NCBI GenBank assembly: GCA_951406725.2
Contig: OX597837.1
Coordinates: forward strand, 10,664,001 to 10,728,000
Length of the DNA stretch: 64,000 nucleotides
Direction: 5' to 3'
Source: Octopus vulgaris
Taxonomy: Eukaryota
Numbering within the stretch: position 1 is the first letter of the stretch; each line of letters begins with the position of its first letter. Below, piece by piece: positions 41,527 through 54,073 of the stretch. The position numbers were made by a program, and so were the translations under genes. A model generated the notes under the pieces. That model was not told where the DNA came from, ran no database searches, and saw nothing but the letters and a program-made list of their open reading frames with translations.

Positions 41527-42281
41527 GGATCTTTTCGCTTTGACCGGCAGATTTTAAAAATAATTTCCACGTAACTAAACACTTTTAAACTTCGTATACT
41601 TGTAGAATGTGTTTATAAAACATCTTTTTCTCTTGGCTTTCTTGAGAAAATTCTGTAGTTTGTAAGCTATTTGTTGTTTAATTTCTTGCATTTCGGCAAT
41701 TTCAACCAATCAATGACGTCTATTGAGGTGAATACAATTTATCCGGATCGTTGTCAACAACAATTATTTGCGGTGTCATATGGATTTGTCACTGTTATTT
41801 ACTACATTTAAAAAAAATTTTTACTTGTTTCAGTCATTTGACTGCGGCCATGCTGGAGCACCGCCTTTAATCGAGCAACTCGACCCCGGGACTTATTCAT
41901 TGTAAGCCCAGTACTTATTATATCGGTCTCTTTTGCCGAACCGCTAAGTGACGGGGACAAACGCAGACACACAAACACACACGCACACACATATATATAT
42001 ATACATATATACGACGGGCTTCTTTCAGTTTCCGTCTACCAAATCCACTCACAAGGCTTTGGTCGGCCCGAGGCTATAGTAGAAGACACTTGCCCAAGGT
42101 GCCACGCAGTGGGACTGAACTCGGAACCATGTGGTTGGTAAGCAAGCTACTTACCACACAGCCATTTCATATCAGAGAAAAAGATGTTTTATAAACACTT
42201 TCTATCAGTATACGAAGTTTAAAAGTGTTTAGTTACGTGAAAATTATTTTAAAAAATCTGTCGGTCAAACCGAAAAGATCC
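41527..42281. mobile_element. hAT-like MITE with ~100-bp TIRs, containing a family A SINE (41818-42163)
   Basis: GGATCTTTTCG...CGAAAAGATCC; perfect 8-bp TSD CCGTTAGC at 41519-41526 and 42282-42289. Confidence 0.9.
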
Positions 42282-42769
42282 CCGTTAGCTTCACATTTCA
42301 ACTGCTTAACTGAAATTTGGTCCACGTAACAGGAACTGAGAGGGGTATCGTGGAACAGAGAAAATGTGGGTGATACAGATAATTTGACATTATTTTTGAA
42401 TTCTACATGCAAAAGCATATAAGATACAGGTATTCTTTTCCTTGGGACAAATTCTTCGTTGACCTGTGTTATTCTTATCGTAGTTTATAAGTCCAAGCAT
42501 AAAAACGTTACTCAACCTTGGAGTTTTTGAGATAGACATCCCCTTTACACACACACACACACATGGATGCATAAATGCACATATAAACTTATATATGAAT
42601 ACATACATCCACATGCACTTATATATTAATGATGTAACAGAAATACATGGCAGGTATACATAATACTGAAATACGCATAAAGCAAACACACGCAGACAAA
42701 TATATTAATATAACACATTTTTTTAGAAAATTAATAAAATCATACAATCAATGAAGAGACAACAGAAAC

Positions 42770-43180
42770 CGCGGGAGTGGCTGTGTGGTGGGTAGCTTGC
42801 TGACCAACCACATGGTTCCGGGTTCAATTCCACTGCGTGGCACCTTGGGCAAATGTCTTCTACTATAGCCTCGGGCCGACCAAAGCCTTGTGAGTGCATT
42901 TGGTAGACAGAAACTGAAAGAAGCCTGTCGTAAATATGTATATATATATATATATATACATATGTATGTGTGTGTGTTTGTGTGTCTGTGTTTGTTCCCC
43001 CCAACATCGCTTGACAACCGATGCTGGTGTGTTGACGTCCCCGTCACTTAGCGGTTCGACAAAAGAGACCGATAGAGTAAGTACTAGGCTTACAAAGAAT
43101 AAGTCCCGGGGTCGATTTGCTCGATTAAAGGCGGTGCTCCAGCATGGCCACAGTCAAATGACTGAAACAAGTAAAAGAGT
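42770..43180 (+). mobile_element. SINE family A
   Basis: Homology to other family A copies. Confidence 0.9.
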
Positions 43181-43568
43181 AATGAAAGTAAGATGATACC
43201 TGCTGATTTTATCAGGTATTTCTGTTTATTTAGAAACCAACAATGAAGAGGTCAGACACTGACCTGAAAACTCACACCTCTCCGCTAAACGCAGAAAATT
43301 TCTGTAACTTTTTTCTCCAAATACATATATATATTTACATATATTCAGAAAGGTAAGCATACACACACACACATGTTTACATAGAACAAAAAATACAGAA
43401 AACTAAAGATAGTGTATAATTTCCTCAATCAACAGCTGTTTCAAGAAGCTCGGGTTTACGTAATAAGCATAATAGTCGTTACGGGGACGTAAACGCACTA
43501 GCACCGGTTGTCAAACGATGATGGATGACAAACAAGGTCACAAAACGCTCCCCCCGCGCACACACATG

Positions 43569-43702
<134 letters not shown>

Positions 43703-43703
43703 T

Positions 43704-43772
<69 letters not shown>

Positions 43773-43996
43773 TATATATAACAAAGTCAGAGGGTAAGTA
43801 TCCTTAGAGGTAAAAAGTCCAATGGAGAGGTAGAGTGTCCGTAGAGGAAAGGTAAGAGTGGGTAGTGGTAGAGAAGATCGGATCACCACCTGCCTGTGTC
43901 TTTTGTTTATTATCGTATATATATATGTTACCGCGTGTGTACCGTTGGCGATTTTTTTCCTCTGTCTTCCCTTTTCTGGATCTTTCCTTCTCCTAA

Positions 43997-44024
43997 GTTT
44001 CCGACGAAGAGCTCCGCTCGAAAC
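43997..44024 (+). ncRNA. Partial hammerhead core (CCGACGA), lacking the cleavage site
   Basis: gttt-CCGACGA-a-gagc-tcc-gctc-GAAAC. Confidence 0.45.
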
Positions 44025-44275
44025 CCTCCTTCTTTCCTTCTTTCCTGAGCGTCCAATAATACTATATTTGTTCCACGTCCTCGCGTTGTTGTGTTTTTTT
44101 TGTGCTTTCTTGTCTGGATTAACTATATATATATATGTATGTATATATATATATAATAAGAGTAAATAATTTCTTCGATGGTTTTTCAGACAACCAACAA
44201 TTATTTACCGGTAGATTTCGGTATGTAAATATGACCATTAGCGGCGGGAACTTCTGTGAAGTTCAGTATATATTG

Positions 44276-44329
<54 letters not shown>

Positions 44330-45084
44330 CGGGCTTCATTCAGTTTCCGTGAACGAAATCCACTCACAAGGCTTTGGTCGGCCCAAGGTTATTGTTGAAA
44401 ACACTCGCCCAAGGATCCACGCAGTGGGACTGAACCCTGAATGCTTTGGTTCAGAAGAAAGCTTCTTACCACACAGCCATACCCGCACCTAGACACAAAC
44501 ACAAATACACACACACACACACACACACACACAATGCGACATACACATACACAATGAAAAAAAATTCGTATTCCATCCCGTATAGACGCTGTCTGAAAAT
44601 ATGACAGGGCGGTCACGGACGGAACTTCATATCCATTAAGCCCGCTACATCACATCTGACCTGTGGTTAAACAACAACAACAACAAAATCAAGTACAACA
44701 ACAACAACAATACCAACAGCAACAGCCGTCTGTTTTTTGAGGGTTTAGATTCCCTTATAATAACCCAACAGAACCCATGCGTCACGCCCCCCTCAGTTTT
44801 CATTGGTTGGAATTTACGATTCGTGAAGGTTCACACGGTATTAACCAATCAAATGCGAGCAGCTGGGATTCCCGGTTTAGCCTTCACGCTGGGAAGAGGA
44901 AAGCATTGGCAAGGCGTGTCAGGCGACTTGTTTACGTAATCAGCGATTGCATGCTGCCTGCCTCGCTGCCTCCCCTTCTTTCAATAACTTTCATGTATTA
45001 CACGCCTCTCACCTCTCTCCCCCTCATTCTCTGTCTCTCTCTCTGTCTCTCTTTCTCTCTCTCTCTCTTTCTCATATTATATTC

Positions 45085-45341
45085 TTTTATTCTTTTACTT
45101 GTTGCTGGCATTTGGCTGCGGCCATGCTGGGGCAGAGCCTTTAGTCGAACAAATCGACTCCCAGGACTTATTCTTTGTAAGCCTAGTACTTATTCTATCG
45201 TTCTCTTTTGCCGGACCGCATTGTCAAACTATGGTAAGGAACAAACACAGATACACAACTATATATATATATATATATGCATGTATATATCGTCTGTAAA
45301 AAAACACAAATCCTAAGCCGGATCTGCATCTATATACACAC

Positions 45342-45372
<31 letters not shown>

Positions 45373-45640
45373 TGTATGTATGTATGTATATATACATATA
45401 CATATATATGTATATATATATATATACATGTATATATATATATACACATATATATGTATATGTATATATATATACACAAATATATATATATATACACATA
45501 TATATATGACGGGCTTCTTTCAGTTTCCATCTGCCAAATCCACTCACAAAGCTTTGGTCGGCTCGAGTCTATAGAAGGAGACACTTGCCACGCAGTGGGA
45601 CTGAACCCAGAACCATGTGGTTGGTTAGCAAGTCACTTAC
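45085..45640 (-). mobile_element. SINE family A, degenerate
   Basis: Homology to other family A copies. Confidence 0.75.
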
Positions 45641-45680
45641 TATATTTATATTATTATTATATATACATACATACATACAT

Positions 45681-45727
<47 letters not shown>

Positions 45728-45769
45728 AATATATATGCACTTTATTTATAACGCTGCCAAGACATCACA

Positions 45770-45816
45770 AAAGCTGTTTACTCAGAGTTTCACGTTCCCG
45801 CTCGTCGGACAACTTT
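45770..45816 (-). ncRNA. Minimal hammerhead, CCGACGA core (copy 1, one extra nt)
   Basis: aaagttgt-CCGACGA-gcg-ggaa-cgt-GAAA-ctctgag-TA-a-acagcttt. Confidence 0.65.
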
Positions 45817-45930
45817 GGTTGACTCAACCAACACTAACGGTCTCCTCTCGAATGTATAGTCCATAATATACTTCGGATCTACGCAAGGAGCAGCTTCCGA
45901 GTGAGGTGTATAACAAATAGATAAATATAT

Positions 45931-45964
<34 letters not shown>

Positions 45965-46116
45965 CCCTATATAAATACAAGGTAAAAATCATTAAATTGG
46001 TAATTAATACCAGTGGTTAGCATACGTAATAAGTCAGAAGACAAATATTTTTATAATCTAATCGTGTATAAGAGTTTATACACTGGGAGGAGACCACCAT
46101 GTGGATTCCTTACATG

Positions 46117-46162
<46 letters not shown>

Positions 46163-46172
46163 TATATAGAAG

Positions 46173-46225
46173 GAGCTTCTACAGGACTAGAACTGTTTCA
46201 TTCAAGAGAAATCTTCAGGAAGCTC
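46173..46225 (-). ncRNA. Compact type-I hammerhead ribozyme
   Basis: gagcttc-CTGAAGA-t-ttc-tctt-gaa-t-GAAA-cag-ttctagtc-ctg-TA-gaagctc; 7-bp stem I; inverted partial copy at 46402-46453. Confidence 0.8.
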
Positions 46226-46294
46226 ATACATACATACACACATACACACGCAAATATATATGCACTTTATTTATAACGCTGACAAGACATCACA

Positions 46295-46340
46295 AAAGCT
46301 GTTACTCAGAGTTTCACGTTCCCGCTCGTCGGACAACTTT
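46295..46340 (-). ncRNA. Minimal hammerhead, CCGACGA core (copy 2)
   Basis: aaagttgt-CCGACGA-gcg-GGAA-cgt-GAAA-ctctgag-TA-acagcttt; 8-bp stem I. Confidence 0.75.
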
Positions 46341-46520
46341 GGTTGAATGAACCAACACTAACGGTCTCCTCTCGAATGTATGGTCCATAATATACTTCGG
46401 ATCTCTTGAATGAAACAGTTCTAGTCCTGTAGAAGCTCCTTCTATATAATAAATTAATTTTACTCTGCTATGTATTGAGTACCTTATTTACTGTGGTTAA
46501 CCCCGAATCAACCCGGGACC

Positions 46521-46591
<71 letters not shown>

Positions 46592-46640
46592 GCATACGCA
46601 CACAGAGAAAGAGGGAGAAAAGCACACAGAGAGGGTGACC

Positions 46641-46672
<32 letters not shown>

Positions 46673-46755
46673 CGTGCGTGTGTGTATAATCAAAATAAGC
46701 AACAAGGATATCCGAGGTAATGTCGTACAATTGTTTCATGCTACTTCATTTTATT

Positions 46756-47137
46756 GGAAGCACTCCGTCGGTTACGACGACGAGGGTTCCGTTTGATCCG
46801 ATCAACGGAACAGCCTGCTCGTGAAATTAACGTGTAAGTGGCTGAGCACTCCACAGACACGTGCACCCTTAACGTAGTTCTCGGGGATATTCAGCGTGAC
46901 ACAAAGAGTGACAAGGCCGGCCCTTTGAAATACAGGTACAACAGAAACAGGAAGTAAGAGTGAGAGAAAGTTATGGTGAAAGAGCACAGCAGGGATCACC
47001 AACATCCCCTGCCGGAGCCTCGTGGAGCTTTAGGTGTTTTCGCTCAATAAACACTCACAACGCCCGGTCTGGGAATCGAAACCGCGATCCTATGACCGCG
47101 AGTCCGCTGCCCTAACCACTGGGCCATTGCGCCTCCT
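46756..47137 (-). mobile_element. SINE family C1, full length, with 12-bp TSD
   Basis: TSD CTTCATTTTATT at 46744-46755 and 47138-47149. Confidence 0.9.
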
Positions 47138-47369
47138 CTTCATTTTATTAAACACTGTAAGTATTACATCAGTTTAAAATGTCGAGCAATCTTCAGCCAC
47201 TTATAGAAATTTTCCAATCAAACGTACAATGCACATTCTTGTCCCTATTTCATTTGCCAACATTATAAAGAGGGTAAATATATGGACAGAAAGGTCGATT
47301 TCATTCTTAAGAACATGATAGTAGTACGTTCACTTTCCTGAATTGCTATTAAGGATTCTTGACTTAACA

Positions 47370-47706
47370 TCTATTTCTTTATTGCCCACAGGGAGCTAAA
47401 CACAGAGGGGACAAAGGGATTAAGTCGATTACATCGACCCAAGTGCGTAACTGATAGTTATTTAATCGACCCCGAAAGGATGAAAAGCAAAGTCGACCGC
47501 GGCGGAATTTGAACTCAGAACGTAGCGGCAGACGAAATACCTATTTCTTTACTACCCACAAGGTAGTAATACAGAGAGGACAAACAAGGACAGATAAAGG
47601 TATTAAGTCGATTACGTCGACCCCAGTGCGTAACTGGTACTTAATTTATCGACCCCGAAAGAATGAATGGCAAAGTCGACCTCGGCGGAATTTGAACTCA
47701 GAACAC
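47370..47706 (-). mobile_element. Family B tandem dimer
   Basis: Two units joined at GACGAAATAC|CTATTTC. Confidence 0.85.
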
Positions 47707-47709
47707 AGA

Positions 47710-47765
<56 letters not shown>

Positions 47766-47801
47766 TATGTATATACACATATATATATATATACATATAT
47801 G

Positions 47802-47854
<53 letters not shown>

Positions 47855-47972
47855 GCACTCACATGTACATATATATTTACATATAAATAGATACATATAT
47901 ACATATAATATAGTATATATATATATATATGTGTATGTATATATGTATATATATGTGTATATATATATATAT

Positions 47973-48521
47973 AAGTTGAAGCACCTCAAAGGGCAATCAC
48001 AAAAAAGATAGATGGCATGACAGGCCTCGACTATTGGGGTCGACTAGAAAAGCTAAAACTCTATTCTCTCCAACGTCGTCGTGAGCGCTACATCATCTGC
48101 ATGATGTGGAAAATATTCCATCAGCATTGCCCAAATGATGTTGGCATCACCTTTAGGGTACATCCAAGGCTTGGGCCCCGTGCCATCCGCCCAAAACAAA
48201 AATCGCACTCTCATCTCATAACAACAATACGGCACAATTATTTCACCTCAATTGGCCCCGCTCTCTTTAACATTACACCAAAACACATTAAAACAGAAAC
48301 TGACCCTATAGGGTTCAAGAAGTCTTTGGACAGATTCCTTCAAGAAATCCCGGATAAACCCCCTACACCCGGATATGTCTCTGTAAACAATAACTCTCTA
48401 CTTGAGTGGGCCATAGTGCCCAAATTCTGACTTGAAAGACTTCACCAGGTGGTGCTATTAAGTTAGACATGGCCTGGGCCAATAATGGCCGAAACCTATC
48501 AAAGTATCAAAGTATCAAAGT
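47973..48521 (+). mobile_element. 5'-truncated CR1-like LINE (ORF2 C-terminus, 3' UTR, (ATCAAAGT)3 tail) in (TA)n
   Basis: [39 protein letters not shown]...PALFN...FKKSLDRFL; open frame to 48430. Confidence 0.85.
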
Positions 48522-48636
48522 ATATATATATATATATATACATATATATGTATGTGTATATATACATATACATATATATATGTATATATATATATAAATA
48601 TATATATATATGTATGTATGTATATATATATATGTA

Positions 48637-48739
<103 letters not shown>

Positions 48740-48773
48740 GTATATATGTACCCTCCATTGTAGATATATATGT

Positions 48774-48807
<34 letters not shown>

Positions 48808-49114
48808 AATGTATGTACAATATTTATCTTAATTGTTCCTTCGGCTTCTTTCATCTTGCGAAGAAACCCCTCCCAAAATGGCGCCGAAAGGTAAAATAAT
48901 GTTTGACGAATGAATTGAGCAGATGGTCCCTGTTGCCATTGGTGAGAGGAATTTGGTAAGCAAAGCATAATATTACGGAACTGGAGTATATATATTTGTA
49001 GGGGATGGTCGTTTTGTCTGAGTGAAGCCACTTCCGTTTAAGGGATTGTGACTAATTAAAACTGGAGTAATTGTATTCAGTACTACCGGGGTTGGGAGCG
49101 GCGCAGATGGAGCA

Positions 49115-49169
<55 letters not shown>

Positions 49170-49242
49170 GGGTTCGCAGAAATAGACAGACACACACGCA
49201 GCATCTGGGTATGTGTATTTGTGATTGGGAGAATATACATAT

Positions 49243-49480
49243 ATGGCCAAGTGGTTGGGGGTGTTGCACTCATGATGGCGTGATCGTGGTTTCAATTCCT
49301 AGACCGAGTGGTGCGTTGTGTTCTTGAGCAAAACACTTCATTTTAAGCCACTCTGCGATCGCTTCGACACCTGACGTGTGGTACACCGAACACCTGTACA
49401 GGTAATATCGATTTGATGGACGGAGTGATCTAATGTACACCATATATATTCGATCACTATAAACGAATTATTTGATCGAC
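49243..49480 (+). mobile_element. Degenerate tRNA-derived SINE (additional family)
   Basis: TGGCCAAGTGG A-box, GGTTTCAATTCC B-box, GTGTTCTTGAGCAAAACACTT. Confidence 0.55.
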
Positions 49481-49574
49481 AAAAGATGACCGTTCCTATA
49501 TCGTCTTCGACGGAGGAGTCCCTGCCACTTTTTGGATCTTCTAGATACCAATTCCTTTTATGCCATCTCACATC

Positions 49575-49623
49575 GTCTCTGATGAAAGGATTATCCATAC
49601 TATCCCAGAAACAGCTGTAAGAT
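49575..49623 (+). ncRNA. Minimal hammerhead ribozyme motif
   Basis: gtct-CTGATGA-aa-ggat...atcc-ca-GAAA-cagctg-TA-agat. Confidence 0.65.
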
Positions 49624-49812
49624 CATATCGCTTTCATTGTAAATGTCCTAAAAACTCCTCACAGCCTTGTGAATTCACAACGGCCTCGAACACACAAGTG
49701 CAAACAAGGGAGACAGAGAAAGGCAGAATGCCACTTATATTTGAACACTATACAAATATTCCTTTTAAAAAACTTTTCTTTTAATTTTTCTAAATTTAAT
49801 TATTTAATCGTT

Positions 49813-49852
49813 ATAGTTGAAAAGGTCTCAAAATGACCGAAACCGGTACTGA
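49813..49852 (+). ncRNA. Hammerhead motif with U3-A8 core (TTGAAAA)
   Basis: tag-TTGAAAA-ggtc-tcaaaat-gacc-GAAA-ccgg-TA-ctg; second copy at 51086-51121. Confidence 0.6.
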
Positions 49853-49937
49853 AATGTTCTTTATAAAATTATTTTAGCATTTTCTATTTTGACTTGTTTT
49901 TTCATATATATCAACTCGTATGTTCCTTTTCACCCTT

Positions 49938-50000
<63 letters not shown>

Positions 50001-50250
50001 AGGATAAGATCGATATTTAAATATCGATCTTATCAAGTAGCCAGCATAGGAATACAAAAACCTTTCAATGGTAATAATTATATAAAATTATAATTTAGGG
50101 TATCTAAGGGATACCAACACGCTGAAAATAGCAGTCAAAACTTGACTCTAAAACCACATTAAATGTTCATACTGCACCAGGAGAAAAGACAAAGAGACAA
50201 AATAAACTAGCAACAAAAAAAAAATTACTGGCTATATATATGCACAAGAT

Positions 50251-50627
50251 TTACCGAATGGCGTAGGGAAAATCCGGGCTATATATGTTTCATTGCGAGT
50301 GGAACCTCAGAAGTGGTAAAATGCAAGCCAGATGTATACAGCGGGCTACTCTTCAAGCCAAGGCTATCTTGATTAGATTAAAGTTTATAGTGTCGCAAGG
50401 GGGTACGTGGTGACGCCGAGAAGATTCAATCAGAATGTGTGGAGGGCACAGTATAAGAGGGGTGGGTATATATACCTCCTTGTGACAATGTAACCTTTAA
50501 TCTCATCAAGATATCCTTGGCCTGAAGAGTTGCCGGTGGTATACGCCTCACTTGGATTTTACCACTTCTGAGGTTCCACTCGCCTTGAAACTTATACAGC
50601 CCGGATTTTTCCTACTCCATTCCGTAA
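50251..50627. repeat. Diverged ~155-bp inverted repeat with a degenerate hammerhead in each arm
   Basis: Arms 50251-50405 and 50473-50627; ggc-CTGAAGA-gttgc...GAAA-cttata-ca-gcc (+, 50519-50601) and its inverse (-, 50277-50359). Confidence 0.75.
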
Positions 50628-50929
50628 CACTTCTTGTTCACACACTCGACAATCCTATTCGCCTACCGTGCGATATAAAATGAACATTTTTCTGCTCATC
50701 GATCTTCGATAAAGAAAATTAATTCGCAACCTTCCGTCTCAATAAACCATTATTTTGTTCCTGAAAGTTGATTTTTTTAATATTCAATACGGATCGCGCG
50801 AAGCTACACCTTGATCCTTGGATCTTACATTTATATATATATATATATATATGGTCAGGGCACTTGACCATTTATCATCCTACTACTATCATACCATTTC
50901 CGCATTTTTTTCTTTTTCTGCTCTGCCAA

Positions 50930-51200
50930 GAATTCACAACTACCTCGAACCCACAAGAGTAAACAAGAGAGACAGAGAAAGGCAGAAACAAGGAAAATGC
51001 CACTTGTATTTGGACACTATACAAATATTCTTTTACAAAAACTTTTCCTTTAATTTTTCCAAAATCTAATTGTTTTCCATACTTATAGTTGAAAAAGTCT
51101 CAATGACCGAAACCGGTTCTAAAATGTTTTTCAGCATTTTCTACCTTGACTTTTTTCCATATATATATATATATATCAACTCGTGTGTTTTTTTCAACCT
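50930..51200 (+). repeat. Direct repeat of 49670-49940, carrying the second U3-A8 hammerhead
   Basis: GAATTCACAAC...GAGACAGAGAAAGGCAGAA...TGACCGAAACCGGT shared between the copies. Confidence 0.8.
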
Positions 51201-51298
<98 letters not shown>

Positions 51299-51299
51299 C

Positions 51300-51333
<34 letters not shown>

Positions 51334-51354
51334 GTATATATATCTATCTATACT

Positions 51355-51387
<33 letters not shown>

Positions 51388-51394
51388 CATATAT

Positions 51395-51429
<35 letters not shown>

Positions 51430-51451
51430 CATATATATATATGTGTGTATA

Positions 51452-51510
<59 letters not shown>

Positions 51511-52235
51511 ATTATATATATATATATATATAGATATATATATATTTATATATACATGTGTGTATGTATGTATTTTACATTCGGCTGATGTTGACTGTAC
51601 CTTTCATCTTTTCGGGGGTCAACAAAATAAGTACCAGTCGAGCATTGGGGGTCAATGGCCTCTTTCTCACCGAACTTGTTAGTTCAAGATTTATAGCCAA
51701 TATGTGTGTGTGTGTGTGTGTGTATGTATATACACATGTGTGTGTATATATATCTATGTATATTTGTATAGACACACACATACATATATATGCATGTGTG
51801 TTATTATTCGCGGAAATCTTGGTCTTTTGGTACCATTTTGCCGATTAAATAGTTATTTTCCCATACGCCCACACACATACACACTTGCATACATACATAG
51901 ATACATACATACATACACACACACATACATACATACATACATACATACATACATACATACATACACACACACACATGTATCACACGTACACACGCAGATA
52001 TAAAGTATAGAGCGAGAAGATAGATTGAAGGGTGGGCCGCGGGATAGAAACGGGTATTTAGATTTGAGAGGAAGAGATATATTCTTAATTATTTTAACAG
52101 AAAACAATTTCGAAAAATTGGTCACCATGACTACGGCGGCGGCGGCGGCGTCGTTGTCGTCAGCAACAACAACGACTATGCTGTCTCTGTTGCTGCTTCC
52201 GCTGCCCTAACCACTGCTTCTGTTGTTGTTGTTGT

Positions 52236-52999
52236 TGAGTGAACGGTCTTCGTCCCAGAGCTCGCAAGATGGGAGAAGTCCGAAACGTGGTCCTTTGCTA
52301 TTCGTAAGACCCGCAGAAGAGAAAGCAGGTCACCCCCCCACCCCCACCCCCGACACCGAGAGCATCGACGGATGGATGAATGCGCATCCAAGCTCAGCGG
52401 TTGCGTAGGAAGCCGGGGAGAAGAAACAGGAAGAAAGAGTGAGAGAAAGTTGGGGCGAAAGAGTACAACAGGGGTCGCCACCACCCCTGCCGGGGCCTCG
52501 TGGAGCATTAGGTGTTTTCGCTCAAAAAACACACACAACGCCCGGTCTGAGAATTGAAACCGCGATCCTCCGACCGCGAGTCCGCTGCCCTAACCACTGG
52601 GCCATTGCGACTCCACTTGCTGTTGCTGTTGAGCGAACCGGTCTCCGTCCCAGAGCTCGGAAGATGGGAGAAGTCCGAAACGTGGTCCTTTGCTATTCGT
52701 AAGACCCGCAGAAGAGAAAGCAGGTCACCCCCCACCCCCACCCCCGACACCGAGAGCATCGACGGATGGATGAATGTGCATCCGAGCTCAGCGGTTGCGT
52801 AGGAAGTCGGGGAAGAAAGAGTGAGAGAAAGTTGGGGCGAAAGACTGCAACAGGGGTCGCCACTACCCGCTGCCGGTGCCTCGTGGAGCTTTATGTGTTT
52901 TCGCTCAATAAACACACACAACACCCGGTCTGGGAATCGAAACCGCGATCCTCCGACCGCGAGTCTGCTGCCCTAACCACTTGGCCAATGCACCTCCAC
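52236..52999 (-). mobile_element. Tandem pair of family C2 SINEs
   Basis: 52236-52616 and 52628-52999, each flanked by (TTG/CTG)n. Confidence 0.9.
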
Positions 53000-53328
53000 T
53001 GTTGTTGCTGTTGCTGTTGTTGATACATATGATAATGAAGAAAGTATGGAGCTGTCGACGAGAATCTGAATGAAGATGGCGATGTTTATGGTGCCAATGA
53101 TGAAGATGATAATAACGATGGTGATGGTTTCTTTAGTCATGTTGTCCAGTAGCCACGAAGCTGAAATGAAACGAGAACACACTGCACTGCAATACTGCAC
53201 TGCAACGCTGCACTGCACACTGCACTGCAACGCTGCACTGCTTTGCACTAGTCATCATTTTAAACGCTACACCATAATACATGTCTCCAGAACATTGCAC
53301 CAAACACTGCCCTACAAGATTTCACATA

Positions 53329-53495
53329 GGCGTAGGAGTGGTTGTGTGGTAAGTAGCTTGCTTACCAACCACATGGTTCCGGTTTCAGTCCCACTGCGTG
53401 CCACCTTGCGCAGATGTCTTCTGCTATAGCCTCGGGCCGACCAAAGCCTTGTGAGTGGATTTGGTAGACGGAAACTGAAAGAAGCCCGTCGTATA
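53329..53495 (+). mobile_element. SINE family A, 5' half
   Basis: Homology to other family A copies. Confidence 0.85.
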
Positions 53496-53557
53496 TATAT
53501 ATATGTATGTATATATAAACAAGGAAAAGAATTAAAAAAATAAAAGAATAAGCGAAA

Positions 53558-53833
53558 TTGTGGAGGCAGTTACGAAAGGCTATCGAGGCCAGACACCCAG
53601 GAAAACTGAAGAAAGGGCCTCTTGTTTCATGAAGACGATGCTCCAGCACATAAGTCTTGGGTTTCAACGGCTGTTGTGCATGACTGTGTCTTTAAACTGA
53701 TTGATCACTCACCTTTTTGGTCCTAATTTGGCCCCATCTGACAATCACCTGTTCTCTAAGACGAAGAAACACTTGGCTAGGGACCAGTGTTGCACTGATA
53801 ATGACGTCATGTCTGCTGTCGATGACGTTTTTC
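53558..53833 (+). mobile_element. Decayed mariner transposase fragment
   Basis: LRKAIEARHPGKLKKG/LFHEDDAPAHKS...LIDHSP/PNLAPSDNHLFSKTKKHLA (HDNAPAH and YSPDLAPSD motifs). Confidence 0.8.
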
Positions 53834-53892
53834 ACCTGGGATTAATTTAAAGCACTGGCTTTCAACCATTTTTTATTTATCTACGGTCCTCT

Positions 53893-54073
53893 AGCGTAGC
53901 TAGAGCGTGTGCCGCTCGGGGCGGTCCTTCATTTTGCTTCCCCCGGGTCCCCTCAAAAAAATACATATTGCCTAGAGCAGACCCAAAAGTGGTGCCACCC
54001 CCATAAAAATTCTTTCTTTCATTATTACTATTCTGTGCAATATTACCCCCTTCGTTCCCCCTCTAGCTACACC
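53893..54073. mobile_element. Degenerate MITE
   Basis: Imperfect TIRs TAGCGTAGCTAGAG / CTCTAGCTACACCA. Confidence 0.45.

Noticed and set aside
43243-43270. ATGAAGA-ggtca-gacac-tgacc-tGAAA
   Set aside because: Hammerhead-like stem II, but the core is mutated and stem I/III are absent; at most a relic.
48017-48430. 137-aa ORF as a host gene
   Set aside because: It is the C-terminus of a LINE ORF2 with a tandem-repeat tail; the Met is internal.
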